A stretch of DNA of 64,000 nt, from contig BCIN01000001.1 in the NCBI GenBank assembly GCA_039545335.1, positions 186,001 through 250,000 on the forward strand, read 5' to 3'. This DNA is from Kondoa subrosea (Eukaryota). How positions within the stretch are numbered: the first letter of the stretch is position 1; the number at the start of each line of letters is the position of its first letter. The translations under genes and the position numbers were made by a program. Positions 52,639 to 64,000 of the stretch are shown one piece after another. The notes below the pieces were generated by a model. That model was not told the DNA's origin and did not search any database. It saw only the letters and a list, made by a program, of their open reading frames with translations.

Positions 52639-53845
52639 TTACTCCGAAACACAGGTGCCTGTAGTTGGGTCCAGGTTGTAACCATCTTTGCAAGATACTT
52701 GCTTAGGAGTTAGCTTGATTCTCGAAAAAAGAAACGGGGTATTTACTCACAAGCTTGACATTCACCAGCAAAGCAACCTGAATACAAAACGCCTTCACCT
52801 TGAGAAGACGTGCAATTGTTTCCACAGCGACCACAGTGTTCAACCTCGTATTGAGTCTATGTAGCTAATTAGCTTCTAAGCTTGATAAAAGTCAAGCGAA
52901 AATAATCACATCAACACATTCATAGCCAATACCGACTGACCCATCTCTCTTCCTTAATTGACAGGCGCTTTCATTCCTCTGAGGACACATTGGCTTGTAG
53001 AGATCGGCTTGCAATTGAGCTCGACGAGATCTAGCTCGAGCAGCACTTGAAGGTACTAGAGTATTGGTGCAAGCAGCGTTGGAATTTGCATCGACTTGAG
53101 CAGAGTATGTCGAACACATTCCTTTAGCGCCAGTATAGAAGCCATTTCCAGAGAGAGATGTTGCCTTGGCTTCACTCTTGAGGTAGCAATTGATTTGGCC
53201 AGATGTGCCAGCTGCTGGTCCAACGGCAGTGTAGCCAGCGCAGTCCGTCTCGGCCGAACATGTTTGCTGACAGGCCTGGAATGTATCGACAGTTGAAGAA
53301 GATAACTGCGATATCTATTAGCTTGGCGGACACATAATCAATATTCGCAAACGTACATCTGCAGCATTCAGTTGATCCATGTAATTGAAGACACAGTATC
53401 CGTTGGCTTGATTGGCCTGGGATTGCGCCAAAGCGGAAGCACCACTTGTAAATCTACAGCAAGACATCAGTAGATGTTTTTCTATTGCTCTCGAAAGCTC
53501 ACTGAGAGCAGCTTCCTTTATAACCAGTACTGTAATGATTGTGAGTACTTAATCCATTGGCGGGAAGACTGCTCTTCAAGTAGCACCTGGAAAAAGCATA
53601 GGTTAGCATATCTTTTCTTCGTAACTGAGATGAAGAGCTGACGTGACATCGTTAGAGTTGACTGTAAGAGTATAAGCGTTACACTGTGCATTGGCTGTAC
53701 ATTGATCTTCGCATGCTTGAAAGGTAGGTTGTGCTGAATCTGTAAGATCGTTCCCGTAAGCATCACGATCGGCATAGTGTGCATATTGAGCGAAGGCTGG
53801 TGCTGATAGCATGAATAGAGTGGCGAGAAGTTGAATCGAGATCAT
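52639..53845 (-). CDS. Secreted protein with two PAN/apple-like modules plus C-terminal PriA/CPL1-like domain (paralog 2)
   Basis: Signal peptide MISIQLLATLFMLSAPAFA; DAYGNDL..ACEDQCTANAQCNAYT; ACQQTCSAETDCAGYT..NCYLKS; PSSAARARSRR; CPQRNESAC..GYECVD..EVEHCGRCGNNC..SGCFAGEC..CKDGY. Confidence 0.82.
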
Positions 53846-55012
53846 CTTGATGTTGCTTGCTTGAAGTTTGCGATGTGTTGTAAGCTGAAGAAGGGGTTAG
53901 TGAGCGGTAGTACTAGAATTGTAGGAGAGAAGAAGAAGAAGAGAGGAAGGCATTGCATGCTCACTTGAAAGGGTTCAGGTCAAATTGGAATATCCTGATG
54001 AGTGGATGTTCGGCTGAAGTTCAAGAAGATCCTTCGCGATCCAGATGTGAGAGATAAGATAGATACAAGATGAACTCTAAGCACGTGCGAAGCTGAATGC
54101 TGTTCGATGCGAGCATGAATACGAAATGATCGAAATCCAATCTATCAATCTATGCCTGAATGGCTCCTGTGATTGCCTGGACACAAGCGAGAGAAAGGAA
54201 TGCGCAGACTGATCGGTGCGAGAAACGAGGAACACAAATGATACAAATCTCGCTGTCCAGGGCTACAAGTATAACTTGAAGTTCGAATCAAACTCTTGAA
54301 CCGAAACCAGATGTGACTTGGATTTCTTCGCAGTTTGTGTCCAACGTTGCGACAGCCTGTTGCTCTTCCTACTGTATGCATGGTTAGCGAGATCAAGGGA
54401 AGAATTCGCTTCAGGGAAAGCTCCGTGTCCAACTTTTCATGGAATGCTAGCACAATCGTGGTATAGCGCTGATTGGACGCTGTTTCACGTATATTTCACA
54501 TCGAGCATGGCCTTTCTTCTTTGAATAATCTCGCTGTATCTTTTCTTTGCACACTGCAAGACTTCAAGTCTACAAGCTCTTCCCTGTTTTTGCTGCTGTT
54601 CATTATTGCGTGTCATCCACGGAGGCGCCCTGTATGCCCCTAAGAATGTGTCTATCCGGTGCAGATGTAATAGCAAGCTTCGACATTAGCTCTTTAATGC
54701 GCATTTGTGCCGTAAGCTTGAATTTGCGGCTTATCTTTGGCCTTGTACCTAATACAAGAACACACTCAAACACTACACATCTTGACTGCCTAGCTTCTCT
54801 CTTCGCTCCTTTCTGCTCCGACCAATGGGTTCTGATTCTACAACGACACTGGTGCTCGTGTAGTACAATGGCAGCAAAACACCTTCAACGATACTGCTCT
54901 CAACCTTTCTTTCAGTCTTGCCGAATCTCTTTCATCCCGTTCTTCCACTCTCGTTGATGCATCTCGCGCTCGACAAGCTTCTTCTCCTGCAGCTATTGTA
55001 TCAGGTACTATC

Positions 55013-55588
55013 ATGTTGGGTGGTGAAGGCCTTTTACGTGAAGTGGAAGCTCGAATCGACTACACCTTCGAGCATAGAGATCAGGCGATTGGCGATGTCA
55101 TCACTGCTTGCGATCAGAGAGTCAAGGATGATAGAGGTCTGGCAAGAGTTGGAGCTACTATGGTTGTCGCTGTGGCTATTCTTGTGCGTATTCAGCGTAC
55201 CATTTGTATCTAAACTTACCCCGAATTCAGATTATGCATCTTCGCGGAACCTTCACTCCAGGTGATTCTTAACATCAGCAAGGTACAAATCATAGCTGAT
55301 GTTCTGTTCAGCTCGCGAGAAGCAGCAAACCCAAGAGCTGCTTGGCAAGTTCAGTCTTAAACGAGCTGCCCAACGGATAGGCTTTGATAAGTCAATTGTC
55401 CTAACCAATGTGCGCTACTCTCATGTATTTACGAACGAATACTAAGCCAGACACAGGAAGCGACTGTCACTCCTGCAATGGCGTCTCGTGTCTTCCAATC
55501 TGTCTTGGGCGCTATCGTGCTCGATTGTCGCGGCGATGAGGAACAGCTCGTTAGGCTGTTGTCACGATGGGATCTACTTGTGATGTAA
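55013..55588 (+). CDS. Stand-alone degenerate RNase III-fold protein (paralog 2), ~145 aa
   Basis: Four exons with GT-AG introns: EVEARIDYTFEH..DDRGLARVGATMV, LKRAAQRIGFDKSI, TPAMASRVFQSVLGAIVLDCRGD..LLSRWDLL. Confidence 0.68.
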
Positions 55589-55882
55589 TAGACCAGGAGT
55601 TCAATGTAAATAACACTTATTCCTGCAAAACGATACAATATTCAAATCCTTTTCAGCTGGAATAACACATCAACAGCTTTGCGAAACCCTTCTCCTTTCC
55701 CCCTCTTCAATACCAAATTCAAAATAACACCTTCGAAATAGATAACAACCAAAATACAGCGAGCACAGACAACTTTTTCTTCTCCAAGAACGGGAAGAAT
55801 GAGAATGAGAGAATGAGAGTGATTGTATGTATATTGTAATGAGTGGAATAATCTTGGCAAGATGTGAGGGTAAGTAAATGCT

Positions 55883-58665
55883 TTATTCTTGGTCTTCGTC
55901 GTCCAAGAAGTTTTTGGATGCTGCAAGAGAAATCAGATCAGCTTGTGTCCGACCAATCGGATTGCACCACCCACGAGCAGCGTAAGAATGACATTTATGC
56001 TATGGTAAGTCTTATATTAGCAATACAAGGCAGCCACCGGGAATATGACCTACTGCGTGTTTCCACCAAAGTGCTGGACCTTTGTCCGTCCCGATTTGTC
56101 TTTTGGTCATGTACTTCTGCCATTTTGTGCAGCTGTGACAATAGCCTTCCATACTTCCGTCATCCGCCACTCGAGTATTGAGCGGAGGCGTGAACTTGTA
56201 ACCAGAAGTAGAAGAAATTCCATGCGTATATTGCTTGTGATACCTTTGTGCGATGAATTAGATCAGTTCACAGTCACAAGAATGAAAGAAAGCAACTCAC
56301 CAGAAAGCAGAAGTCTTGAGTTGTAACCATTTCCCTTGAGGTTCGGGACAAATAGCACACCATCCCTCTTTGGTTTGACCTTTGCCACGAATCCATTTCG
56401 GTGTGTACATATCATCCCTGAACCTGGTCTTTTGCTGCTTGGGTACCATTTCGGCATTGTTGTTGTTGAAATCCGTTGGAGGTGGTCGACGGATCAACCA
56501 TTCTCTACCACCTGCAGAAGAGACGCTTGATCCTCCTTCACTCGAGGCAGAAGGTGCTGGTGAAGGTGGCGCAGAGAGAAGAGTAACAGCAGGAGATAGA
56601 GCATCAGGCAGAAAATCCGTAGTTGGCGGAGAAGGATAAGTCAAGCCAGTGACTGCAACCGAACGACCACGACGACCAGAAGAGTTTGAAGTGGTTCTTC
56701 GCAAAATGGGTCGCGCTTCCGTCATTTCTGCTTCTGGCATATAATTACCAGATTTATCCGTATCTTGATCTTCGGATGGATCGGAAATTGGATCAGAAGG
56801 AGGTATAGTGGTGATGGAGTGACGAGTCATGACTTGTTGCGCATTGACTTCGTTGGCTACACCGCTTGCAGCAGGTCCACGAAGCATACGTGCAGGCGAT
56901 AAAGCGTCAGGGATAAGACAAGGCGCGAATACAGCAGCGGTAGTTGAGCTGGCCGGCTTCTTCTCTGAACCATGCAATTGCTGAGTTGGAACAGTAATCT
57001 GTTGCGCAGCCGAATGCTGATTACCGATCGGTCCTCTCAAGCTGGCAAAGAAAGCTTGATTGTCCATACTTTGACTGTGTCGCAAACGCTTCTGTTCGGG
57101 CTGTCCTTGCTCTGATGGCACGCGAATACGCATCTGAGGTAGCGAGGCTTGAATATTGACAGCGCAATGCGAGTTCTGCTGACCATTAAGAACTTGCGGT
57201 GTTGAATGAGTGTACTGTTGCTGTTGCATGGAAGAAAGGCCTGAGTAAGTGAGAGCTCGAGCTGGCAATGCCGATAAGCGACGATCTTGGTACCGGTGAT
57301 CGTATGCTTGGGTTGGCGGCGGAGCGAAATGTTGATGATTGTTAGGAGGCAAAGGAATGATGCTGTTACGGCGATACTCTGGAGCATAATGATGGACCAA
57401 GGTTCGCGGGCTTGTACCTTCATATGGCTGGTGGTAAGGCTGAGAGTATGGTACGTTGTTGCGCTGTTGCTGAACTTCTGCGCAAGGTGCAAAAGATTGC
57501 TGCCATTGGATAGGACTTTGATGCACCTGATTATAACGAGGTGCAGACTGATAAGCGTTAAGCGCATGTCGTCCTGGTGCACTGCTTTCTTTACCGGAAG
57601 GCTGGAAGTTGGCAGCGAGGAAAGCTGGACTTGCAGAAGCAGCATAACGAGGTTGAGGCGCGACGATTACTGGAGCAGCAGGTTCATACTGAATGACTTC
57701 AGGATGACTTCCGGCGGTGAAAGACCGATTGCGGTCAGCTGAGACACCGGATGATTCAGAAACAATCGAAGTAGCAGGTGAGTTGTCTAGGCTAGGCGGT
57801 GCAGAAAAGCCATATGAGAACTGACTGGTCGCTTCCTCTTCTGAATTTGATACATTTCTGTCCCGCTTGCTCTCTGGTAAATCTTGATGGGTTTGCTGCG
57901 GTTCAAGGATCAAACGCAAACCCCCAGTAGGAGCTGACCAGCCACTGTATCGGTGACCATACGAGCCGTTGCTGTCAGGGTTGGCAGGAATGGAAAAGTA
58001 CGATGGGCGGCGAGAATCGGAACCTTCTGATGTGTAAGAAGAGCTATTATCGCCAGATTGGTTAGGCCAAAGAAGAGGAGGCGTATCCAGTGTACCTGCT
58101 GATTCGGCAGAAGGAGATAAAGAAGCTACAGAAGGGGTAGATTGCATTCGATAGGTAGACCATTGAGTTTGACCGTGAACAGGTGCTGCCATGTGAGCTT
58201 GCTGTGGAGGTCTGGTGTTGACTTGGTCGGATGGCATCTTGCCAGCGAGTGACAAGTGATGTTCTAATCGAGCTTGATAAAATCGACTCGCGCTGGTCTG
58301 CTTGCTCAAAGTGCAGCTGTCTTGAGCATGCTGTTCTAGTCCTTGCTGCTACAGATGAACGAGTCAAGCAATGTATGCAGTCTTCGAGAGATAAGACTCA
58401 CGCCAACCGATTGCCTTGAAGCGACTGGAGAGGAATTGGGATCATTAGGCGCGCCGCGAACGTTGCTCAAGGCGCTGTTGGCAGAAGAGGGCCTATCCGC
58501 CTGCTGAACAGCAAGAGCACCATCTTCGTTCCAGGGGCTGGCTTGTAAAGAATGTTGAAATACAGCAATTTGACTGGATCCTATGGTACCATGTTCGTGT
58601 TGCTGTGCAGGCTGATCCTGGTAAGACCTGCTGAAGTGGTCGGTTTGCTGCAAAGAGCTTTGCAT
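55883..58665 (-). CDS. Rua1/Meu26-type (DUF4451) transcription regulator
   Basis: Long Q/P/S-rich region, then DMYTPKWIRGKGQTKEGWCAIC..WLQLKTSAFW/YHKQYTHGISS..F.PP..EGYCHSCTKW..WWKHA/HKCH. Start tentative. Confidence 0.85.
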
Positions 58666-59363
58666 TTCCACACAGAAGCGTTCTACGCGGGCTTGACAAT
58701 GTTGAGAAGTAGTGAGAAGAGTGTAAACAGAAACTTAGCAATGTGCAGGAATTAGTCCTGCGCAGGACTTGTGCAGAAGAAGTAACAGTTGTATAAGGAA
58801 GAGCCAGGTCGACCTCGAGATTTAGGGGCCGAGATTGTCAACTGTGGAAAGTGCACTTTCCCCAACCTGCGCTTGCGGGAGGTTTGAACGCCTCGCCCAG
58901 ACCAACTGCGGCCCGCTCAAGTGGTGCCCTATCAAATAAGCGGTCCACGGGATCGGGAAGGTCAGACAGGGTGGTGCCTGCAAATCAATTGCAATATGAA
59001 GATCAGGGTCGAGAGATCTGCCCGGGTCTGTCAATCATGACAAGCGTCAAAAGAGTCACCTCAGCACGTTAAAACAAGGACCAAATGGGCAGAAAGAGTG
59101 TCTTATCCCTGAATTTCGAAGCCAAAAATCGTTTTAACCGAGAAACAAGTGCTGAGGAAAGCAAGATACATAAGCAAGAATATAACGAGGCGTTTTTTCG
59201 TTCGTCTCGGCACAAGCGTAGCATGAAGCTTCATGCCAGTTCGGCATTGCTGTCATACAACCTTGAAAGAGATTGGGGACGCGAAAACGAATTGAGATAA
59301 GCATTCACGTCCGATTCACGTGCAGGGAAACTGAAGGAATACCATTTTTTGACCTCAACGAGC

Positions 59364-60115
59364 ATGAGTTGCCTCAATAAGATTGACAATGAGGATCTAG
59401 ACCCGCTGCTCAAGCGTCTGGAGGCGCTGAAAGAAAAAAAGAGAGTAGAAAAAGGTTCGGAAAAACGGGAAGACTTTGATCATGACAAATCAATGAGAAA
59501 CCTTGTTCCCCAGATCTTGAGCGCGCAGCAGCAACGACAACAGACGATTTGGAGAGAAGGATGGCAGCACTGGGTCCAAAGAAGAACTTGAGCAATATTC
59601 GAGCACGCTGTGATTCGGTGGGCTCAAATCTTCTCGACTCGGGGATAACGGACTGATACCGCGAGTCAACCGAATCGATTCTCTTAGGTCGATGCCTATC
59701 TAGCATCTGAAGACTATCTCATAGATCCAGAAGAGGAGGACCCGAATCTGAATGCACCATTACCATCGACCGATAGACTCCCTCAGCTCAGACCTACCAC
59801 TTCACTGGCTCGTCACACCATCGATCATGATCCCATTCAAATCAGCTTCGCTGTCCCGCCCAAAAGCAAAGAAAGACGCAGGAAGAAGAAGAAGAATTGA
59901 TATCGCGCTTGACAAGAGAAATCGCTGAAGAGCCGGTGAAGCAGGAATCGAAATTGACTGGGAGGTTACAAGCGTTGCAGAAGTTCAATTCAGGCGGAAT
60001 TAGTGCCAACAGGATGCCTCAAGCTCTAGGCGACCCGCCGCAAGGGTTCAACCCATATGAATACGGCCTCGCAACTGGTTCGGATAGCGAAGATAGCGCA
60101 TCTGATGAAGAGTAA
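59364..60115 (+). CDS. Hypothetical helical/acidic protein (3' exon structure unresolved)
   Basis: DLDPLLKRLEALKE / DDLERRMAAL / VDAYLAS are joined by GT-AG introns. The terminal ORF EEEEELISRL..SDSEDSASDEE lies in another frame. Confidence 0.45.
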
Positions 60116-60197
60116 GTGTAAGCTCATCCTATATGTTGTAATAGTACTTCACATACCATGCATTCAATCACGTTATATTTCTCTTCGGGCAAACAGC

Positions 60198-61821
60198 TCA
60201 CTCCCCTTCATCTAACAAACAGTCGGCTATCTCTTGCCTCATCTTTGCTCTTGCCACAATACTATCCGGCAAGGGCAACAGCTCTTTCTCCGTCCGAGTT
60301 GCCGCAACGGTAGGATTCGATAGAATAACCAAACAGGCATAACAAATAGCCTGTGCCAAAGCTTGCTTACCTTTCTCAGTAGGCGGAGTATCTGAGAAGG
60401 TTGTGATTGCATTGGCAGCTCTCCAGTCGGAAGCAGATTCCTCAGCCGGTCTGTCGGTAAGCATCGGTTTGAGCTCTTCCACTCAAAGTTGAAAAATACA
60501 CTTACAGCCCGCATACTGCGCATATGGGCACATTGCTGACACTTGCACGAGATCTCAAGCCTAATTTCTCTGCTGTTCTCGAAATAGTGAAAACAGTAGA
60601 AGGAAATGATTCTTGCAGGCCATGAACGAAATCTGCAAGCAGCAATCATGACTTACACACTGGCGATGACTGTGAGTCAGGACTTTCACTCACCATCTAC
60701 AAGAACATTGATATCTGCTTTAGTGGACCGACTACCAAATTCAGTCTTCTGCTTTATCTTGGCTGGTACTGGTATGCCTTTGATCTTGTTGTAGAGACTG
60801 ACTTCGTTCTCCAACATATTGGCCATGGGTCGAAGCAACATCAGATCTAGGTCCGTGTCAGCTTTGCTCTGAGCTTATCTTGACAACAAAGATTTCTCAC
60901 CTTCCGAACAGCGATAAGCATGAGCTACATCTTCTCCTAAACCCCATCCACGACCTTGAGAAATGCCACTTAAGGTCCTGACAGCCAAGTCTGTCGAAGT
61001 TTGCGCAAACAAGATCAGATCCGATTCGTTCTCTTTCGCTATCCTCTGTAGCAGATTCAGTCGCAGTGAAGCAATGAGAGAAGATCGAGAAGTAGGTGAA
61101 AGCGGTTCTAGTAAGCTCCGTAAGTTTTCAATTGATGTCAAGGCAGAATGGATTGGGTGAAGAAGAAGATTGGTCGATGAGCGATCGAAGGACGCAGTAC
61201 TTTCAGTAAAGATTTCTTCTAGGAGATGAATGTGAAGCATCAGGCCGTATTTTTCCAGCACCGTAGTAGCTAGTTCCTGCGCTGTTGTCGAGGTAGAAGT
61301 CGATCCTGCTGCGGTTGCATCTATATAGACTAGATCGACTGAGCCTACCAGCGGTGGTGGACCTTTCTGAGAAGCTTTCGGTAGACCGTCGACAACGAGA
61401 TCGAGAAGAGCGCTACCAAAGGAACGTAAGCTAAAGAGGAGACACCAAAACAGCAGAAGAACGAACAAGGATGAAGCACTGCCTGAGAAAGCTAATAGAG
61501 CCTTGTTGCCAAAGACTCCTGCGTCTCTCCGGGAAGTAGCAAAGATTCTCCGATACTTGTATTGATATGCTTGCAGAAAGCAATCTCTGAAGCGGACCGC
61601 AGCATAAAGGGAAAGTGAAGAAAATAGAAGCAATGGGAAGACGTACTGGCAGAATGAAGTATTCTGTGTCTCTATCACGACTTCGTGCTTCTGGCATCGA
61701 CTGCATACAGTGGATGTGCGAGCTTTTGATACTTTGGGAGAAACGTGAATCTAAGCCCTCGCAAAGCACTTTACCTACCTGGTAGTGTATCTTCTTCGTC
61801 TAAAGGTCTACCGCAGGACAT
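60198..61821 (-). CDS. NCS2: Cytoplasmic tRNA 2-thiolation protein 2 (Ncs2/Ctu2)
   Basis: N-terminal CSRC..FC/RDCF, LLAFSGSASS, LFAQTSTDLAVRTLSGISQGRGW, LRPM, and C-terminal C..C..ICYAC. Confidence 0.9.
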
Positions 61822-61975
61822 GTTTGCTTGAACACGACACTTGGAGATTTTTTCGAAACCTATGATGCTTGTCCGAAGTCAACATTGTACTGTTTCTTCT
61901 AAACCATAACTCTCTGAGGCTGTCTGCAGCTTTCAGCTATATCTATCTACACTCCTGACTACAGCTCAAGCCAAG

Positions 61976-64000
61976 ATGACTGCTCCTTTGCAAGTCTACG
62001 AGCTGCATCTCGAAGAGAATGGATCACCTTCAAAGGAACGAAGTGTACGCGTCTGGGGTTTGTCAGCTTGAGTGCGCAGACTGACATTGAAATTACAGTA
62101 CATCCGCCTACCGCCGCCAGCAGAAACCTACATCTTGAGGATTTCGATTGAAGCAGGTTCTGTTGCTTCCCGTCAAGGTGTTCTCTTCACTTCTTATCCT
62201 ATCGATGGCTCTGCTTTTGAGCGCAAAAAGTTTCACAAGACTCAATTGCCTACGGACCCTTCCAAAGCTATCGAGATTGACTTGACTATTGATCGACCAG
62301 GAGTCTTTGAGGTATGTAACCCCTTTTCTTCGTCTTTCCGGCTTGTCGTAAGTATTCAATACCTTCTCTTCAGTTCTATGTCGAGTATGAAGACACTTCT
62401 GGCAAAAGAGTGTCCGGAGAGCATGGCTACTTCAATGTCGATCCTTTGCTTAAGATCCTCAAACGCACTCCCATTCTTGATTCAAAGACTGCTGCTCCTC
62501 TTTCTGTAGCTCAAGGTGGAGGCAAGGTTACTAAAGAATCAGTTTCCATCTCTGCTGATGCTCTGGTTATTCAAACTGTCATCGCAAAATGGATGGGCAA
62601 TTTAGAAGAGTGGGCACCTCACCTCGAAACTACTCGTGATAGAGGTTACAACATGCTGCACTTCCCTCCATTACAACCTCGCGGTATTTCCAACTCACCT
62701 TACTCACCTTTTGACCAACTTGGATTCGCAGACGATTTGTTCACTCATCTCAAACCCAAGAAGCCTCTCACTACTCCAGAGAAGCAGAAGATCATGGAGG
62801 AAGCTCTTAGAGACATTTACAACAAGTATGGATTGCTCAGTATGACCGATGTAGTCTTGAACCACACCGCAAACAATTCCGATTGGTTACAAGACCATCC
62901 TGAAGCAGGATACAACATGATCAACTCTCCACATCTCGAATCTGCTGTAGAAGTCGATCAAGCTCTTTTAAAATTCTCCAACGAATTGAAACAACATGGT
63001 CTGCCAACTGATATCCAATCAGAAGAAGATATTGCAAAGATCATTGATGTACTCAAGAACAAGATTATTCCTGAATTGAAGCTGTATGAATATTATGCTA
63101 TTAATGTAGCAGCTGAAAAAGAAGCTTTCGCAAAAGTTTGGTCTCAAGCTGGACAGCTGCCTGCACCGTCTCGACCTGAACCAATGAGGAAAACAAGCAG
63201 TAATCAAGGTAAATCCAACAAGAAGAAGATGACGAATGGTTCATCAGCTAAAGCCGCATCACCCTCACCTGTAGAAGAAAAGAAGCCAGTCAAGGAAATC
63301 ATTCAAGATGTGAAATCACTTTCTCGCTCTGAAATGGTTGAAACCTTTGCTCAGATCTGTCTACCCGAAACATGGAAGCAGTTGGGCGCCCGCAGCCATG
63401 TTCGCGTCGATTACGAAACCGCTTGCCAATTCATGAGCAAACTTCTTGACATCAAAGTCGGCACTGACTCAGACAAGGTCGCTAATGAATTGGCCAAGAT
63501 CCTTGATGATCTCAATGTCGACCGCTACAAGGTTTACGACGATGATGTAGCCACGATACTGGTCCAGTGTGCTGGTCGACCCAAATTCCAGCGTTTGGAA
63601 CCACATGGACCCAAACTTGGTCCAGTGACTGAAAAGACTCCTTTGTGGGACAACTTCTTCACCAAGATTCCATCCAACGATAGAACAGCCAAACATGACC
63701 CAAAATCACTCTATGTGGCAAATAATGGGTGGATGTGGAACGCAGACCCTTTGGCCGATTTTGCCGGACCTAACTCTCGAGCCTACACTAGAAGAGAAGT
63801 CATTTCCTGGGGCGACTGCGTCAAGCTGCGTTTTGGGAAATCAGAAGCAGACTCGCCTTTCTTGTGGAAGCATATGGAAACTTATGTCGCTAACATGGCT
63901 CGTGTATTCCATGGTTTCAGAATCGATAACTGTCATTCTACTCCTTTGCATGTCGGCGAAAAGTTACTCGACGTCGCCAGAAGTGTCAACCCGAATCTGT
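61976..64000 (+). CDS. GDB1: Glycogen debranching enzyme (3'-truncated by window)
   Basis: YIRLPPP, GYFNVDP, IQTVIAKWMG, GYNMLHFPPLQPRGISNSPYS, DVVLNHTA..WLQDHPEAGYN, ANNGWMW, RREVISWGDCVKLRFG, FHGFRIDNCHSTPLHV. Confidence 0.98.

Noticed and set aside
57037..57742. Long overlapping ORFs inside the Rua1-type gene
   Set aside because: Shadow frames of a low-complexity exon, with no motifs.
59085..59363. In-frame upstream ORF with a single TAA at 59298 (possible readthrough or AT-AC intron)
   Set aside because: ATG 59364 gives a sufficient start, there is no readthrough context, and the upstream peptide has no recognisable features.

Overview
Gene-dense fungal chromosome segment, most likely from a basidiomycete (many 50-60 nt introns, microexons, several PriA/CPL1-type genes; the taxonomy is inferred). 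I spliced about 32 intron-rich genes by eye. Housekeeping genes: an ISWI remodeler 3' end, GOS1, EPT1/CPT1, ATG101, CCT3, a GST, TEL2, a DHHC palmitoyltransferase, APN2, an SDR, a forkhead TF, MKT1, an MRS3/4 carrier, HPT1/XPT1, a Rua1-type regulator, NCS2 and the GDB1 5' part. Secreted or surface proteins: four cysteine-rich proteins ending in a CPL1/PriA-like domain, a CFEM-like GPI protein, a three-repeat six-Cys GPI protein and a TAP-like hydrolase. Main observations: (1) two divergent stand-alone RNase III-fold genes with substituted catalytic residues bracket a tandem pair of PAN-CPL1 genes at 49.5-55.6 kb; (2) CCT3 appears to need a 53-nt AT-AC intron that has U2-type rather than U12-type signals; (3) an unrecognised gene carries an internally duplicated ~250-300 aa module and a C-terminal AT-hook-like motif; (4) in an ~18-repeat secreted protein, 10 introns cluster at five nearby positions around the NCG motif. 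I found no tRNA, rRNA, CRISPR array or transposon. All exon structures are manual and unverified by RNA data or database searches.
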